Source of the DNA: Minisyncoccota bacterium
GTDB lineage: Bacteria; Patescibacteriota; Minisyncoccia; Phycocordibacterales; JABMNX01
Reading direction: 5' to 3'
Assembly: GCA_965222715.1 (NCBI GenBank)
Contig: OZ244961.1
Span: 76,609-140,608, forward strand
DNA: 64,000 nucleotides
Shown piece by piece: positions 48,519 to 58,420 of this stretch (the stretch's first letter is position 1; every line of letters begins with the position of its first letter). The position numbers and the translations under genes were made by a program. Under the pieces are notes generated by a model that had not been told where the DNA came from, searched no databases, and saw only the letters and a program-made list of their open reading frames with translations.

Positions 48519-50170
48519 TGAGAAAAAAAGATCACAAATACATATTCGTCATTGGCGGCGTGATGTCCGGTGTCGGAAAGGGTATTGCAACCTCATCAAT
48601 CGGTAAAATTCTTCAGTCAAAAGGACTTAATGTGAATCTGGTCAAAATTGACCCGTATTTGAATGTGGACGCAGGTACAATGAACCCAACTGAGCATGGG
48701 GAAACATTTGTACTTCGCTCAGGCCTTGAGACTGACCAGGACATGGGAAACTATGAGCGTTTCTTGGGAAAAGATCTTGGAGAGGAAAACTATATCACCA
48801 GCGGCATGGTCTATAAGTACGTTATTGAACGTGAGCGAAACCTTGGCTATGGCGGAAAGTGTGTTGAAGCAATTCCACACATTCGTGATGAAATTGTACG
48901 TCGCATTGAGGCGGCAGCTGATGTAAATGGATCAGAAGTTTCTGTTATTGAAATTGGTGGCACGATTGGTGATTTTCAAAATGCACTGTTTATTGAAGCG
49001 GCACGTGTGATGCATCTAGAAAATCCTCATAATGTCATCTTTATGATGGTGACCTACCTTCCAATACCAGGAAAGGTGGGGGAGATGAAAACCAAGCCAA
49101 CTCAAAACGCTATTCGTGCGCTTAACTCGTATGGCGTGCAGCCAGATATGATTATTGCTCGCAGTGAGGTACCTCTTGATACGAAGCGAAAAGATAAGAT
49201 TGCTATTTCTTGTAATGTACATCGCGAAGATGTTATCTCAGCACCTGACATTGAAAGTATTTATGAAGTGCCAATCAATTTTGAACGTGATCACTTAAGT
49301 GACATTGTGATAGATAAGCTTGGACTCGGGAAACGTGCAAATAAATCAAATCTGACGCAATGGAAAAACTTTGTTAAAAAGGCGACACAGAATAAAAAGA
49401 AGGTAAAAATTGCAATTGTGGGGAAATATTTTGGCACGGGAGATTTTACACTTTCTGATTCATACATCTCAGTTATTGAGGCTATTAAATTCTCAGCATA
49501 CAAGCTTGGCTATGTGCCAGAGATCACTTGGCTTAATTCACGTGATTTTGAAAAAAGTAAAAGAAAACTTGAAGGGCTCAAGCAGTTTAACGGCATCATA
49601 GTGCCGGGCGGCTTTGGGGAGACGGGTATCGCGGGGAAGCTTGCGGTTATTCAGTACGCACGAGAAAAGAAAATTCCTTACTTTGGATTATGTTACGGTA
49701 TGCAATTAATGGTGATTGAGTACGCCCGCAATGTACTTGGTATGAAAGATGCGTGTACTGTTGAAATAGATCCAGATGGGAAGCAACCAGTTGTTGATAT
49801 TCTCCCTGACCAGAAGAAGAAACTCGCAAAGCGAGACTACGGTGGCACTATGCGGCTTGGGGTATATCCTGCATACTTAAAACGAGGTACCGTTGCACGG
49901 CGTGCGTATGGTTCAGAAATTGTTGAAGAGCGACATCGACATCGCTATGAGGTAAACCCAGAATATGTCGAACAGTTATCAGAAGGAGATCTAGTATTTT
50001 CTGGTGTATCTCCTGACAAGAAACTTATGGAAATTGCAGAACTTCCTGAGAAAAAACATCCGTTTTTCCTTGGTACACAGTTTCATCCAGAGCTTCAGGC
50101 GCGTCCACTTACCCCACATCCACTGTTCACTGCGTTTATAAAAGCAGCAACTAGGAAAAATAGAAAGTAG
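48518..50170 (+). CDS. pyrG: CTP synthase
   Basis: KYIFVIGGVMSGVGKGIATSSIG synthetase N-terminus and C-terminal GATase (GLCYGMQ, Cys-His). Confidence 0.95.
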   Translation: MRKKDHKYIFVIGGVMSGVGKGIATSSIGKILQSKGLNVNLVKIDPYLNVDAGTMNPTEHGETFVLRSGLETDQDMGNYERFLGKDLGEENYITSGMVYKYVIERERNLGYGGKCVEAIPHIRDEIVRRIEAAADVNGSEVSVIEIGGTIGDFQNALFIEAARVMHLENPHNVIFMMVTYLPIPGKVGEMKTKPTQNAIRALNSYGVQPDMIIARSEVPLDTKRKDKIAISCNVHREDVISAPDIESIYEVPINFERDHLSDIVIDKLGLGKRANKSNLTQWKNFVKKATQNKKKVKIAIVGKYFGTGDFTLSDSYISVIEAIKFSAYKLGYVPEITWLNSRDFEKSKRKLEGLKQFNGIIVPGGFGETGIAGKLAVIQYAREKKIPYFGLCYGMQLMVIEYARNVLGMKDACTVEIDPDGKQPVVDILPDQKKKLAKRDYGGTMRLGVYPAYLKRGTVARRAYGSEIVEERHRHRYEVNPEYVEQLSEGDLVFSGVSPDKKLMEIAELPEKKHPFFLGTQFHPELQARPLTPHPLFTAFIKAATRKNRK

Positions 50171-50171
50171 T

Positions 50172-50810
50172 ATGTTATTTACTCAAGAAAAACAAAAACT
50201 CGATTTCTTCCGTAATTCACGACGTGGAAGAATTTTGCGGAGTATGACCCTTAATGATGTAACCTATTGGGGGAGTGACTCATTTATTGCGGTTATCTTC
50301 GCACTCTTTGTGGTTAATTTTATTGACGGAGGTACCGCAGCGCATGTTGGATTTGCGTTTTTTGCGTACAACTTTACTCGCGCTCTTGCGAGTATGCCAG
50401 TCGGACAGTTTTTTGATAAACACAAAGGATACCTTGATGAGGTGTATGGTCTCGCGTTCACTAGTTTCGTAACTGGTGCTGTGTACATACTCCTCAGTCA
50501 AGCAACACAACTATGGCATCTCTACCTTGCAATGATTGTGCTTGGTGTTATAAGTGCGGTAAACCTCACTTCATGGAGAGTACTTTTTTATGGAAATATT
50601 GAAAAAAATGAGTATGCACAAACAGTAGGGGTGTACACGACGCTACTCGCTATTTCTTACAGTCTCGCGGGAGCACTCGGTGGTATTATTGGGGAAACAT
50701 TTGGCTTTGATAAAGTGGTACTCATTGGTGGTGTAATTGTCTTTCTTGGTGGACTGATACCAATAACCGTACAGCAATACTTTAAAAATGTTGCAGGTAA
50801 AAAAGAGTAG
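50172..50810 (+). CDS. Hypothetical 6-TM membrane protein (MFS half-like)
   Basis: Six predicted hydrophobic helices; no diagnostic motif. Confidence 0.4.
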   Translation: MLFTQEKQKLDFFRNSRRGRILRSMTLNDVTYWGSDSFIAVIFALFVVNFIDGGTAAHVGFAFFAYNFTRALASMPVGQFFDKHKGYLDEVYGLAFTSFVTGAVYILLSQATQLWHLYLAMIVLGVISAVNLTSWRVLFYGNIEKNEYAQTVGVYTTLLAISYSLAGALGGIIGETFGFDKVVLIGGVIVFLGGLIPITVQQYFKNVAGKKE

Positions 50811-50828
50811 CGATACAATAAACATTCT

Positions 50829-51101
50829 ATGCATCAAGGAAATTGGACATGTAGTGGCTGTGGTGGAGCAATTACTGAATTGCCATTTGAACCACGAAGC
50901 ACTGAAAACTTAAAATGTAAAAAATGTTTTGCCGAACAGGCAAATGGGGGCACACGACAGACTGCACGAGGAGAGCGAAAAATGTATCCTGGCAGTTGGG
51001 AGTGTGGTGGTTGCGGGAAAGCAATTACTGAGCTTCCATTTGAGCCACGTGGACGCACCGACAACCTTAAGTGTCGCGAGTGTTTTAAACGGGGCGTGTA
51101 G
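50829..51101 (+). CDS. Tandem duplicated zinc-ribbon protein (zf-trcl-like, 2 x Cys4)
   Basis: Two internal repeats: W-TCSGCGGAITELPFEPR...NLKCKKCF and W-ECGGCGKAITELPFEPR...NLKCRECF. Confidence 0.5.
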   Translation: MHQGNWTCSGCGGAITELPFEPRSTENLKCKKCFAEQANGGTRQTARGERKMYPGSWECGGCGKAITELPFEPRGRTDNLKCRECFKRGV

Positions 51102-51169
51102 TTAAACAGGAGTCAGTTTTGTGGTATAAAGTAGGTGCGCTATGTAGCGCATTTTCTTTTAGGAAATCT

Positions 51170-51240
51170 TGCCTGGTCGTCTAACGGTAGGACGTTGGTT
51201 TCTGGCACCAAAAATCGGGGTTCGATTCCCTGCCGGGCAG
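51170..51240 (+). tRNA. tRNA-Gln (anticodon CTG)
   Basis: Acceptor tgcctgg/ccgggca, anticodon stem ttggt/accaa with loop ttctggc, T-arm cggggttcgattccctg. A terminator hairpin follows at ~51255-51290. Confidence 0.8.
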
Positions 51241-51338
51241 CAAAATCATGAGCAGTGTTTGCGCTCAAGAAGTATAGCGACCTTGAGCGCACAAAGCGCG
51301 TTGCTTAGCAAAATTTTTAAAAGCGATATAATAAAAAC

Positions 51339-51993
51339 AATGAACCCTGACAACAATGCAATTGGCCGAACATATTTTATTGGAGGCCCTCCAAGAACTG
51401 GGAAAACGATTTTAGCATTTGCTCTTGCAGATAAGATAAACGGCCATGTTGTCTCGACTGATAGTATAAGGAATGCAGCCAAAAAGGCATGCTCAGACAA
51501 AGAAAATGACCTTTTTATCATAAATAAAACCGAGAATGTGTCTGAAGAAGAATGGTTCAAAAATCATTTAGAAAATCCAGAGGTCACTGTCGAACATCAG
51601 AATAGAGAATCAAAAGCTGTATGGCCTTCACTCGTTTCATTCTGTAATAGTTTTTGTGAGGATGATGCGGTGCATATTCTTGAGGGTGTGGCCATTCTTC
51701 CTGAACTTGTTTCGCAGATGAAAAACAAACCTGCTCATGTGATCTTTGTTGGAAACACCAGTGAATCTCATTTACAAGCTATGCTTGATCATGCTGATCG
51801 GTTTCCTGAGAAAGATTGGATGCGTGCCATGAACTACTCCGAACAAAGATTTGAAGGAATGGCTAACTTCATCAAAGCAATGAGTATCTATTTCAAAAAA
51901 GAAGCTACTAAATATGGTTTTTCATATTATGAAATTAGTGATGATAATTTTGAAGACTCGATAGCAAGAATAGTTGAATCTGTGACTGTTTGA
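51339..51993 (+). CDS. P-loop NTPase / kinase-like protein
   Basis: Start ATG at 51339 (the ORF-track extension runs over the tRNA-Gln). Walker A FIGGPPRTGKT near the N-terminus. Kinase-fold-like size (~218 aa). Confidence 0.45.
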
Positions 51994-52085
51994 GATCCGT
52001 CGAATTAGTAAAATAAAATATTAAAAAATAACCTGGCTTAACCAGTAACGATTCTAGCCCGAGACAGTCAGCATATTTTCGTTAG

Positions 52086-52682
52086 GTGCTATACTATAAC
52101 TCTATGAATAAATTACTAATCAGTATTATAGTCGCACTGGTTCTTCTTGTTGGAGGCTTTTACCTACTTAATTCATATATTTATAACGAGAAGCAGGCGA
52201 CTGTTGCCACGGATCATAAGAATGCCGAGTATGTTATTGAGGGTGAGCGAGTGAAACTTAACAATAGTGTCGCAGAAACTAGCATAGACCCAAGCTCTGA
52301 AACAACAGTCACCACTCGTTACTTCGGTAATGAACTAGTCACAGATCTTGATGGCGACGGAAGGGAAGATGTTGCTTTTATAGTTACCCAAGATCGAGGT
52401 GGATCAGCTACGTTTTACTATGCAGTTGCGGCACGTAATACAGAAGATGGATACGTTGGTTCAGATGGGTACCTGCTTGGTGATCGTATTGCTCCACAAT
52501 CAACAACCATTAGCCCGAATCCTCGACATAAATATGTGGTTGTCTTTAATTATGCTGATCGCGCACCAGGAGAACCAATGACCGCGCAACCATCAGTCGG
52601 CACAAGTGTGTACCTTAAACTTGTACCTGAAGCAATGCAGTGGGGTATTGTTGTACCTGATTTTGAAGGTGAATCTCGCTAA
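52086..52682 (+). CDS. Secreted/anchored hypothetical protein
   Basis: N-terminal signal/TM (LLISIIVALVLLVGGFYLL); one FG-GAP-like DLDGDGREDVAF segment. Confidence 0.4.
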   Translation: MLYYNSMNKLLISIIVALVLLVGGFYLLNSYIYNEKQATVATDHKNAEYVIEGERVKLNNSVAETSIDPSSETTVTTRYFGNELVTDLDGDGREDVAFIVTQDRGGSATFYYAVAARNTEDGYVGSDGYLLGDRIAPQSTTISPNPRHKYVVVFNYADRAPGEPMTAQPSVGTSVYLKLVPEAMQWGIVVPDFEGESR

Positions 52683-53408
52683 GTGTCATACATAAGCATG
52701 AAAACTATTCTCCATAAAGCGAATGAGCGAGGAGAAGCTGAGCATGGTTGGCTCTCTAGTCGGTTTAGTTTTAGTTTTGCTGAATGGTTTAACCCGAATC
52801 GCATGGGATTCGGTGCGCTTCGAGTATTAAATGATGACACCATTCAACCTTCTTCTGGTTTTGGTATGCACCCACATCGTGATATGGAAATTATCACCAT
52901 TGTTACCAGTGGTTCGGTGACGCATAAAGACAGTGAAGGTAATGAAGGAGTAGTATCTGCTGGTGAAGTGCAGGTAATGTCTGCAGGCACTGGGGTGGTG
53001 CACTCTGAGTACAATGAATCAGAGCATGAAGAACTTACCCTTTTCCAAATTTGGATTCTTCCTAATAAAGAAAACGCACCGGTCTCGTACTCTCAGAAAA
53101 ACTTTGATTTTATGAATGTCACTCCAGGAGCGTTACCACTTGTAGCGCCATATGGGGAACAAAAGAAAGACGAGCTATTGATTAATCAAGATGCGTGGGT
53201 TACCTACGTTTACAGTGATGAGACTCCATATGAGTACCGTATTAAAAAAGAAGGGAATGGGGTGTATATCTTTGTTATTGAAGGAAGCTGCCAGGTGTCT
53301 AATATAACTCTCTTAGCACGAGATGCACTTGGAGTATCAGAAACAGAGAAAGTGACGCTCTCTGGTTTCGCAAAGCTCTTGCTTATTGACGTGCCGCTCA
53401 TTTCTTAA
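52683..53408 (+). CDS. Pirin-family cupin protein (quercetin 2,3-dioxygenase-like)
   Basis: FGMHPHRDMEIITIV...(H..H metal site) and SAGTGVVHSE motif. The start is probably the ATG at ~52698. Confidence 0.75.
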   Translation: MSYISMKTILHKANERGEAEHGWLSSRFSFSFAEWFNPNRMGFGALRVLNDDTIQPSSGFGMHPHRDMEIITIVTSGSVTHKDSEGNEGVVSAGEVQVMSAGTGVVHSEYNESEHEELTLFQIWILPNKENAPVSYSQKNFDFMNVTPGALPLVAPYGEQKKDELLINQDAWVTYVYSDETPYEYRIKKEGNGVYIFVIEGSCQVSNITLLARDALGVSETEKVTLSGFAKLLLIDVPLIS

Positions 53409-53472
53409 ACAGTTTCTTGAGCTGTTCTTTGTTCGTAGTACAATAACACTATTAGTATAAATGTAATGATAT

Positions 53473-53787
53473 ATGGATATTAAAAATAGCGAGGTACGAG
53501 TAGATATACCAGTGCCTCAAAAATCTTCACGAGTACTTGCTGTCTTTACGCTTCTTTTTATGTTTCCAAAGTTAATTTTCCTCATTCCACACTTCATTAT
53601 TCTTTGGGCGCTCGGCATTGTCCTTTTTGTTCTAACAGTGTTTGCACAGTTTGCTGTTGTTATTACCGGTACATACCCTGAAAAAATGCATCACTTCGTT
53701 GTTGGTATATTTAGATGGCAGCTACGAGTAAACGCGTATCTTCTTGGACTCCGTGATGAATATCCGCCGTTTACTCTTGAAAATTAA
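53473..53787 (+). CDS. Small membrane protein (DUF4389-like)
   Basis: Two TM helices; C-terminal YPPF motif typical of DUF4389-type proteins. Confidence 0.4.
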   Translation: MDIKNSEVRVDIPVPQKSSRVLAVFTLLFMFPKLIFLIPHFIILWALGIVLFVLTVFAQFAVVITGTYPEKMHHFVVGIFRWQLRVNAYLLGLRDEYPPFTLEN

Positions 53788-53792
53788 GCACA

Positions 53793-54869
53793 ATGATAAA
53801 AGTATTAATAGTTGGCGCTGGTCCAACAGGCCTTACTACAGCACTTGAATTTGCGCGACAAGGTGTTATGCCCGAGATTGTTGATGCCAAGGATATGCCG
53901 TCATGGAAGTCACGTGCCGTTGCGATCCTTCCACGAAGTATTGAAATACTTAATCGCACTGGCGTAGGTAGACGTATAGTTGATGAAGGTATGTACATTA
54001 CCCGTGCACGCATTCATCGCGGAAATAGAGCGCTTCTTGATGTCGACATCTCTAGTGTTTTGCCTAAGGACGAGTCTATTATTGGACTTGCACAGAATCG
54101 AACAGAGACGTTAATGAGCGAAGAGCTTGAGCGTATGGATGTCTCCGTTCGCTATGGTGTGAGAGTTACATCAGTAATCACATCTGAAAAATCTGCTGAC
54201 GTGGTATTTGAAGGTGGTAAAAAGGAAACATATGATTGGGTTGTCGGTGCTGATGGAGTGAATTCAACGGTGAGAACATCGCTCAATATCCCCCATAAAG
54301 GGTATGAGCTTGATGAAGAATGGTCTATCGCAGATGTTGATGTATCAAAAGAAATTGAACACAATACTATTAATGCCTGGCTTCTTAAGGGAGAACATAA
54401 AACCAGAGATGCAATGGTGATGGTACCAATTGAACAGAAACGCATACGCCTTATTTCTTCAACACCAGATAGCTTAAAAGCTCTTCCAATTCATATTGAA
54501 GTTGAAAATGTACGACGTACTGGAGTTTTTAAAATTTCCGTGAGGCAAGCAAGTCGGTATGTAGAGGGAAGAGTAGTGCTTGCAGGAGATGCTGCGCATG
54601 CCCACTCGCCAGTTGGTGGTCGAGGTATGAATTTAGGGATTGAAGATGGGCAGGCAGCTGTTTCAGCTATACTCCATGGAACAGTCAAAGAGTATGAGAT
54701 AGAGAGAAAAGAAAAGGCAGCTCGTGTTATACGAGGCACAGAGCGGGCTCGTAAACTCGTTGTTTCAAACAATCCTTTTACTGTTTTTGGTATATATCTT
54801 GGGGCATGGTGTATACAGCACATTGGTTTTATACGGAGAAGGTTTGTTAAAAATATTGCAACTCTCTAG
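53793..54869 (+). CDS. FAD-dependent monooxygenase/oxidoreductase
   Basis: N-terminal Rossmann VLIVGAGPTGLTTALEFARQG and GD-motif VLAGDAAHAHSPVGGRGMNLGIEDG. Confidence 0.7.
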   Translation: MIKVLIVGAGPTGLTTALEFARQGVMPEIVDAKDMPSWKSRAVAILPRSIEILNRTGVGRRIVDEGMYITRARIHRGNRALLDVDISSVLPKDESIIGLAQNRTETLMSEELERMDVSVRYGVRVTSVITSEKSADVVFEGGKKETYDWVVGADGVNSTVRTSLNIPHKGYELDEEWSIADVDVSKEIEHNTINAWLLKGEHKTRDAMVMVPIEQKRIRLISSTPDSLKALPIHIEVENVRRTGVFKISVRQASRYVEGRVVLAGDAAHAHSPVGGRGMNLGIEDGQAAVSAILHGTVKEYEIERKEKAARVIRGTERARKLVVSNNPFTVFGIYLGAWCIQHIGFIRRRFVKNIATL

Positions 54870-54988
54870 TAATTTAAGAGAAAGCTAATACTATTAAGAG
54901 CTCTAAGTATGTACTTGCTCACTCAGTTTCTTATCTGTATATTCAGTAGTGGAAATGTTGTTCATTCACGAACGATAGGAGAATCTCC

Positions 54989-55462
54989 ATGTCAGATACG
55001 AATTTCTCTACAGGTCTAAGGTGGGGAGACGAGCGGAGTTTACCGAATCCACGAGCTATTTCAGAAGAAACCATTTTTGTTGAGGGGTACGTGGTGAGTC
55101 TCAAAACCAGTACATTTCCTGACGGCACACTTGGATCTCTCTACGTACAGGTAATTGGTAATAAGAATTCAGTTGCTAGACTTCTAGAGACGTCTTCAGT
55201 CTCGGTCTCGAGGGGTTTGCAGCATGGAACACCGCTAGATTTTTACGTCAACATGCATGCTCGGACCACTTCAGAGCTTGTTGGTTCTATTGATGATCAT
55301 GACCAGGGGTGGTTTATCATGGTCATTCTGGACCATGTGTTTTGCCACCTTGGCTCAAAGTATCTCGGTCGGGATGACTTACTTCGAGAAAAACCCAATG
55401 AAAACAAGGGTGGCGGGGTAGGCAAGCACTTGCGGCTTGTGCATAACCAGACGGATACATAA
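54989..55462 (+). CDS. Hypothetical protein
   Basis: 157-aa ORF with consistent codon usage; no recognisable motif. Confidence 0.35.
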   Translation: MSDTNFSTGLRWGDERSLPNPRAISEETIFVEGYVVSLKTSTFPDGTLGSLYVQVIGNKNSVARLLETSSVSVSRGLQHGTPLDFYVNMHARTTSELVGSIDDHDQGWFIMVILDHVFCHLGSKYLGRDDLLREKPNENKGGGVGKHLRLVHNQTDT

Positions 55463-55539
55463 GCACTTTTGCGACTCGGTTTTCCACCGAGTCGTTTTTG
55501 TTACTCAATTTATTAAATATGGCTCTGTAGAGCCAAAAT

Positions 55540-55566
55540 AAACGCCAAAAGTACTCTTGGCGTTTA
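55540..55566. terminator. Terminator hairpin aaacgccaaaagtactcttggcgttt
   Basis: Same AACGCCAA(A/G) stem family; preceded by another hairpin (gcgactcggttttccaccgagtcg) at 55472-55497. Confidence 0.5.
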
Positions 55567-55654
55567 TTTATACACTTGAACCACCTATTTTAGGTGGTGT
55601 ACGAGGGTTTTTATGCCTATACTAATAGGTAATTATTAGATAGATATATTTTAT

Positions 55655-55858
55655 ATGGAAGATTTAAAAGCACTTTGCATGAAGTGTCGAGACGAAAATA
55701 ACAAACCTACCATGCAAACAATGCAGAACCCTATGGTTGAAGAGAAAGAGGGAAAGGGTGGAAGCAAACGCTATTCTGCAAAAGGAACATGTGAAAACTG
55801 CGGTGGAAATATGTTCAAATTTCTCTCAAAAGATGACGCGGAAAAGATTCGAGGTTAA
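55655..55858 (+). CDS. Small zinc-ribbon protein (Cys4)
   Basis: CMKC...TCENCGGNMFKF. The second half resembles the repeat unit of the 50829 tandem zinc-ribbon protein. Confidence 0.4.
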   Translation: MEDLKALCMKCRDENNKPTMQTMQNPMVEEKEGKGGSKRYSAKGTCENCGGNMFKFLSKDDAEKIRG

Positions 55859-55873
55859 GTAACCTCATACACA

Positions 55874-55907
55874 AAAAACGTCACGAGATTCCGTGGCGTT
55901 TTTTTGT
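55874..55907 (+). terminator. Terminator aaaaacgtcacgag-att-ccgtggcgttttttt
   Basis: Stem plus T7 run; a variant of the AACGCCAAG family. Confidence 0.5.
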
Positions 55908-55930
55908 ATTCTTTCTGGTATACTTGATTC

Positions 55931-56512
55931 ATGTTTATGGCTTTTTACTCACAACATCGCGGTATTCTCTTTATTCTCTTTGGGCTACTCCTTATTGGTG
56001 GTTCATGGTTCTTATATGGAAATGATACTAAAGATACAGAGAAAGTGGTTGCTACTAACTTTTTTGAATGCGCTAGACAAGGAAATGCAATAATGGAGAG
56101 CTATCCACGTCAGTGTCGTGATGAGGCTGGGAATCTCTTTGTTGAACATATCGGAAATGAATTAGAGAAACGTGACTTAATTCGTCTTACTACACCCAGG
56201 CCAAATGCTGTAATAGAAAGCCCGCTTATTATTTCTGGAGAAGCTCGTGGGTATTGGTTCTTTGAAGCATCATTTTCTGTAGTACTTACTAATTGGGATG
56301 GTCTTATCATTGCTGAGCATTATGCAGAAGCAGAAGATAATTGGATGACTGAGGAGTTTGTGCCATTTACTTCAGAAGTATCATTTGAATCTCCATATAC
56401 AGAGGGTGACCCTGAGTTCTTCAAACGAGGTACCTTAATACTACAAAAAGCAAATGCGTCAGGACTACCTGAACATGACGATGCGTTAGAAATTCCTGTA
56501 TTATTTAAATAA
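55931..56512 (+). CDS. Gmad2 immunoglobulin-like domain protein (secreted/anchored)
   Basis: N-terminal TM/signal. C-terminal ISGEARGYWFFEASFSVVLTNWDG matches the Gmad2/GerMN-type fold common in small-genome bacteria. Confidence 0.55.
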   Translation: MFMAFYSQHRGILFILFGLLLIGGSWFLYGNDTKDTEKVVATNFFECARQGNAIMESYPRQCRDEAGNLFVEHIGNELEKRDLIRLTTPRPNAVIESPLIISGEARGYWFFEASFSVVLTNWDGLIIAEHYAEAEDNWMTEEFVPFTSEVSFESPYTEGDPEFFKRGTLILQKANASGLPEHDDALEIPVLFK

Positions 56513-56520
56513 TAACAAAA

Positions 56521-56545
56521 AGGGTTCTGCATACGCAGAACCCTC
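56521..56545. terminator. Bidirectional hairpin agggttctgc-atac-gcagaaccct
   Basis: 10-bp perfect stem between convergent genes. Confidence 0.5.
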
Positions 56546-56892
56546 TACACCTCTTCAAGATTTCCAAACTGCTTCAGGATACAGTTACTGGTGCGAAGTA
56601 TTGCCTTACGAGCTCGATCTGAACTCACTTTTGATGTGTCGTCTGCCGCAATACAACGTGTATGTGCAAAAAGAAATGCTAAGGGCGTCGAGCCCTGTGC
56701 ACATTTCTTTGCATACTTGAGAGAAACTCCTTTTTCTTGGATGAGCACTTCTTCAGCATCAGGAAGTAATTCTTGCCACTCCCTGAACTCTCTTTCGTTA
56801 CCAAAATCAATCCAGACTATTTGATTGTAGTGTGCTCCCTTCTTTACGATACGAATAGTCACAATATAAGAGTCGTACATACAACCCTCCAC
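56545..56892 (-). CDS. Hypothetical protein
   Basis: 115-aa ORF convergent with the Gmad2 gene; no motif recognised. Confidence 0.35.
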   Translation of the reverse strand: MEGCMYDSYIVTIRIVKKGAHYNQIVWIDFGNEREFREWQELLPDAEEVLIQEKGVSLKYAKKCAQGSTPLAFLFAHTRCIAADDTSKVSSDRARKAILRTSNCILKQFGNLEEV

Positions 56893-56947
56893 TACGTTGT
56901 TTTCCTAACTCTAGTCTCTCATAAACCATATACTCCTACAATCTGCT

Positions 56948-57283
56948 ATGCTTATAGATATGCAAGAGAAGCGTTTCAGCGATCGGGTTATTGAAGCGGT
57001 GCAATCTATACCTAAAGGTAAAGTGACAACTTATGGCCGGATTGCACGTGCTGCTGGTGGTGGCACAATGGCATCCCAAAGTATTACATCAATTCTCTCG
57101 AAGGCGGAGAAGAATGGGGTAAAACATATTCCATATCATCGGATTGTCTATGCGAACGGCACTATTTGGATAAATGATACGTATAAAAAAGAACGATTGG
57201 CGTTATATAAAAAAGAGGGCATTGAAATAGATATAAAGGGAAGAATTATTGATTTTGAAAAGAAGCTCTTTGAATTTTATTAA
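56948..57283 (+). CDS. MGMT-family DNA-binding domain protein (alkyltransferase-like; catalytic Cys replaced by Tyr)
   Basis: IPKGKVTTYGRIARAAGG...IPYHRIV aligns with the Ogt/MGMT C-terminal domain (TYG.IA, PCHRVV), but the acceptor Cys is Tyr. Confidence 0.55.
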   Translation: MLIDMQEKRFSDRVIEAVQSIPKGKVTTYGRIARAAGGGTMASQSITSILSKAEKNGVKHIPYHRIVYANGTIWINDTYKKERLALYKKEGIEIDIKGRIIDFEKKLFEFY

Positions 57284-57344
57284 TGGCATAAGGTGTTTTA
57301 ATATACCAATGCGTCGTTATTTTTTATGATATACTCTAAATATT

Positions 57345-58073
57345 ATGCCGTTTATTTCACATCTTCGAACCCTGAAAGAGTCTGATAAGACAGAAGCAGT
57401 TAAAAAACTTATTGCTGACAGTACACCTGACTTTGATTTTTTCTTAATGGTAACCCTCTCTATTTTGATGGCAACATTTGGATTACTACTCAATAGTGCG
57501 GAGGTGGTTATTGGTAGTATGTTGATTGCACCAATACTGTATCCAGTCGTGAGCCTCTCCTTAGGTATATCTATTTCGGATTACAAACTTATTGGACGCT
57601 CTATGTCAGCTATCACAAAGTCGGTAGCCATTGGTCTTGTTGGCGCAACACTCGTCACACTCTTTTTTGGCACTGGTGAATATTTGAATGCAGAAATACT
57701 TGGTCGTGTTGAACCATCACTCATCTATTTTATTGTTGCACTTATTTCAGGTATTGCGGTCTCCTTTGCGCTAGTAAAACCAGAACTCTCTTCAACACTT
57801 CCTGGTATTGCGGTGTCGGTTGCGCTTATCCCACCACTTGCCGTTGTCGGTATTGGTATCGCACATGTTGACTGGATGGTTGTTTCGGGCGCACTTGTGC
57901 TATTCATTGTAAACATTATTGGTATTATTTTTGCCAGCATGCTCACCTTTTCTCTTATGGATTTAAGTAACAAGCGTGAAGTTGCTGAAAAAGCAGTGGA
58001 AAAAGAAGAACGACGAGTTGAGCGGGAAGAAGAGAAGGTTGAAAAAATTAAAGAAGAAGACGGGAAAAAGTAG
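57345..58073 (+). CDS. DUF389-family multi-TM membrane protein with charged C-terminal tail
   Basis: Six TM helices with a DUF389-like hydrophobic core (IAPILYPVVSLSLGISI). Lys/Glu-rich tail EKAVEKEERRVEREEEKVEKIKEE. Confidence 0.5.
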   Translation: MPFISHLRTLKESDKTEAVKKLIADSTPDFDFFLMVTLSILMATFGLLLNSAEVVIGSMLIAPILYPVVSLSLGISISDYKLIGRSMSAITKSVAIGLVGATLVTLFFGTGEYLNAEILGRVEPSLIYFIVALISGIAVSFALVKPELSSTLPGIAVSVALIPPLAVVGIGIAHVDWMVVSGALVLFIVNIIGIIFASMLTFSLMDLSNKREVAEKAVEKEERRVEREEEKVEKIKEEDGKK

Positions 58074-58237
58074 GTTTATATAATTTTGTTTAAGGATATT
58101 TCCACGGGTTATCACCAAAATATCCCCATATTTCATAGGTTTTTCCCACAAAAATGAAAAGTGGATAACTTTTGTTGCGACTCGTCAATATTGACGGATA
58201 TACTAAAAGTAGGTGAACACGGTAGGAGGAGGAGCCG

Positions 58238-58420
58238 ATGAGCACAATTAAGCCACAAGACGCTCTTCCGACAGGTAACGAGACAAGCTTAATGAGTGGT
58301 CTTGAAGGAGATCACGATAAAGTAAGCGAGCTTCACAGCTCGTCACCAGATAGTCAAAATGGTGACCTCGAAATCATCGGAGAGCTGACGTTCAGCGAAT
58401 TGTTCGATCGTTTTTCCTAA
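58238..58420 (+). CDS. Small acidic hypothetical protein (60 aa) in a GC-rich patch
   Basis: Strong RBS (aggaggaggagccgATG). Followed by a 22-codon mini-ORF with its own RBS (58437-58505). Local GC is above background. Confidence 0.3.
   Translation: MSTIKPQDALPTGNETSLMSGLEGDHDKVSELHSSSPDSQNGDLEIIGELTFSELFDRFS

Noticed and set aside
51169-51338. 5' extension of ORF 51169-51993 across tRNA-Gln
   Set aside because: It overlaps the tRNA-Gln gene and its terminator. The internal ATG at 51339, followed by the Walker A motif, is the plausible start.
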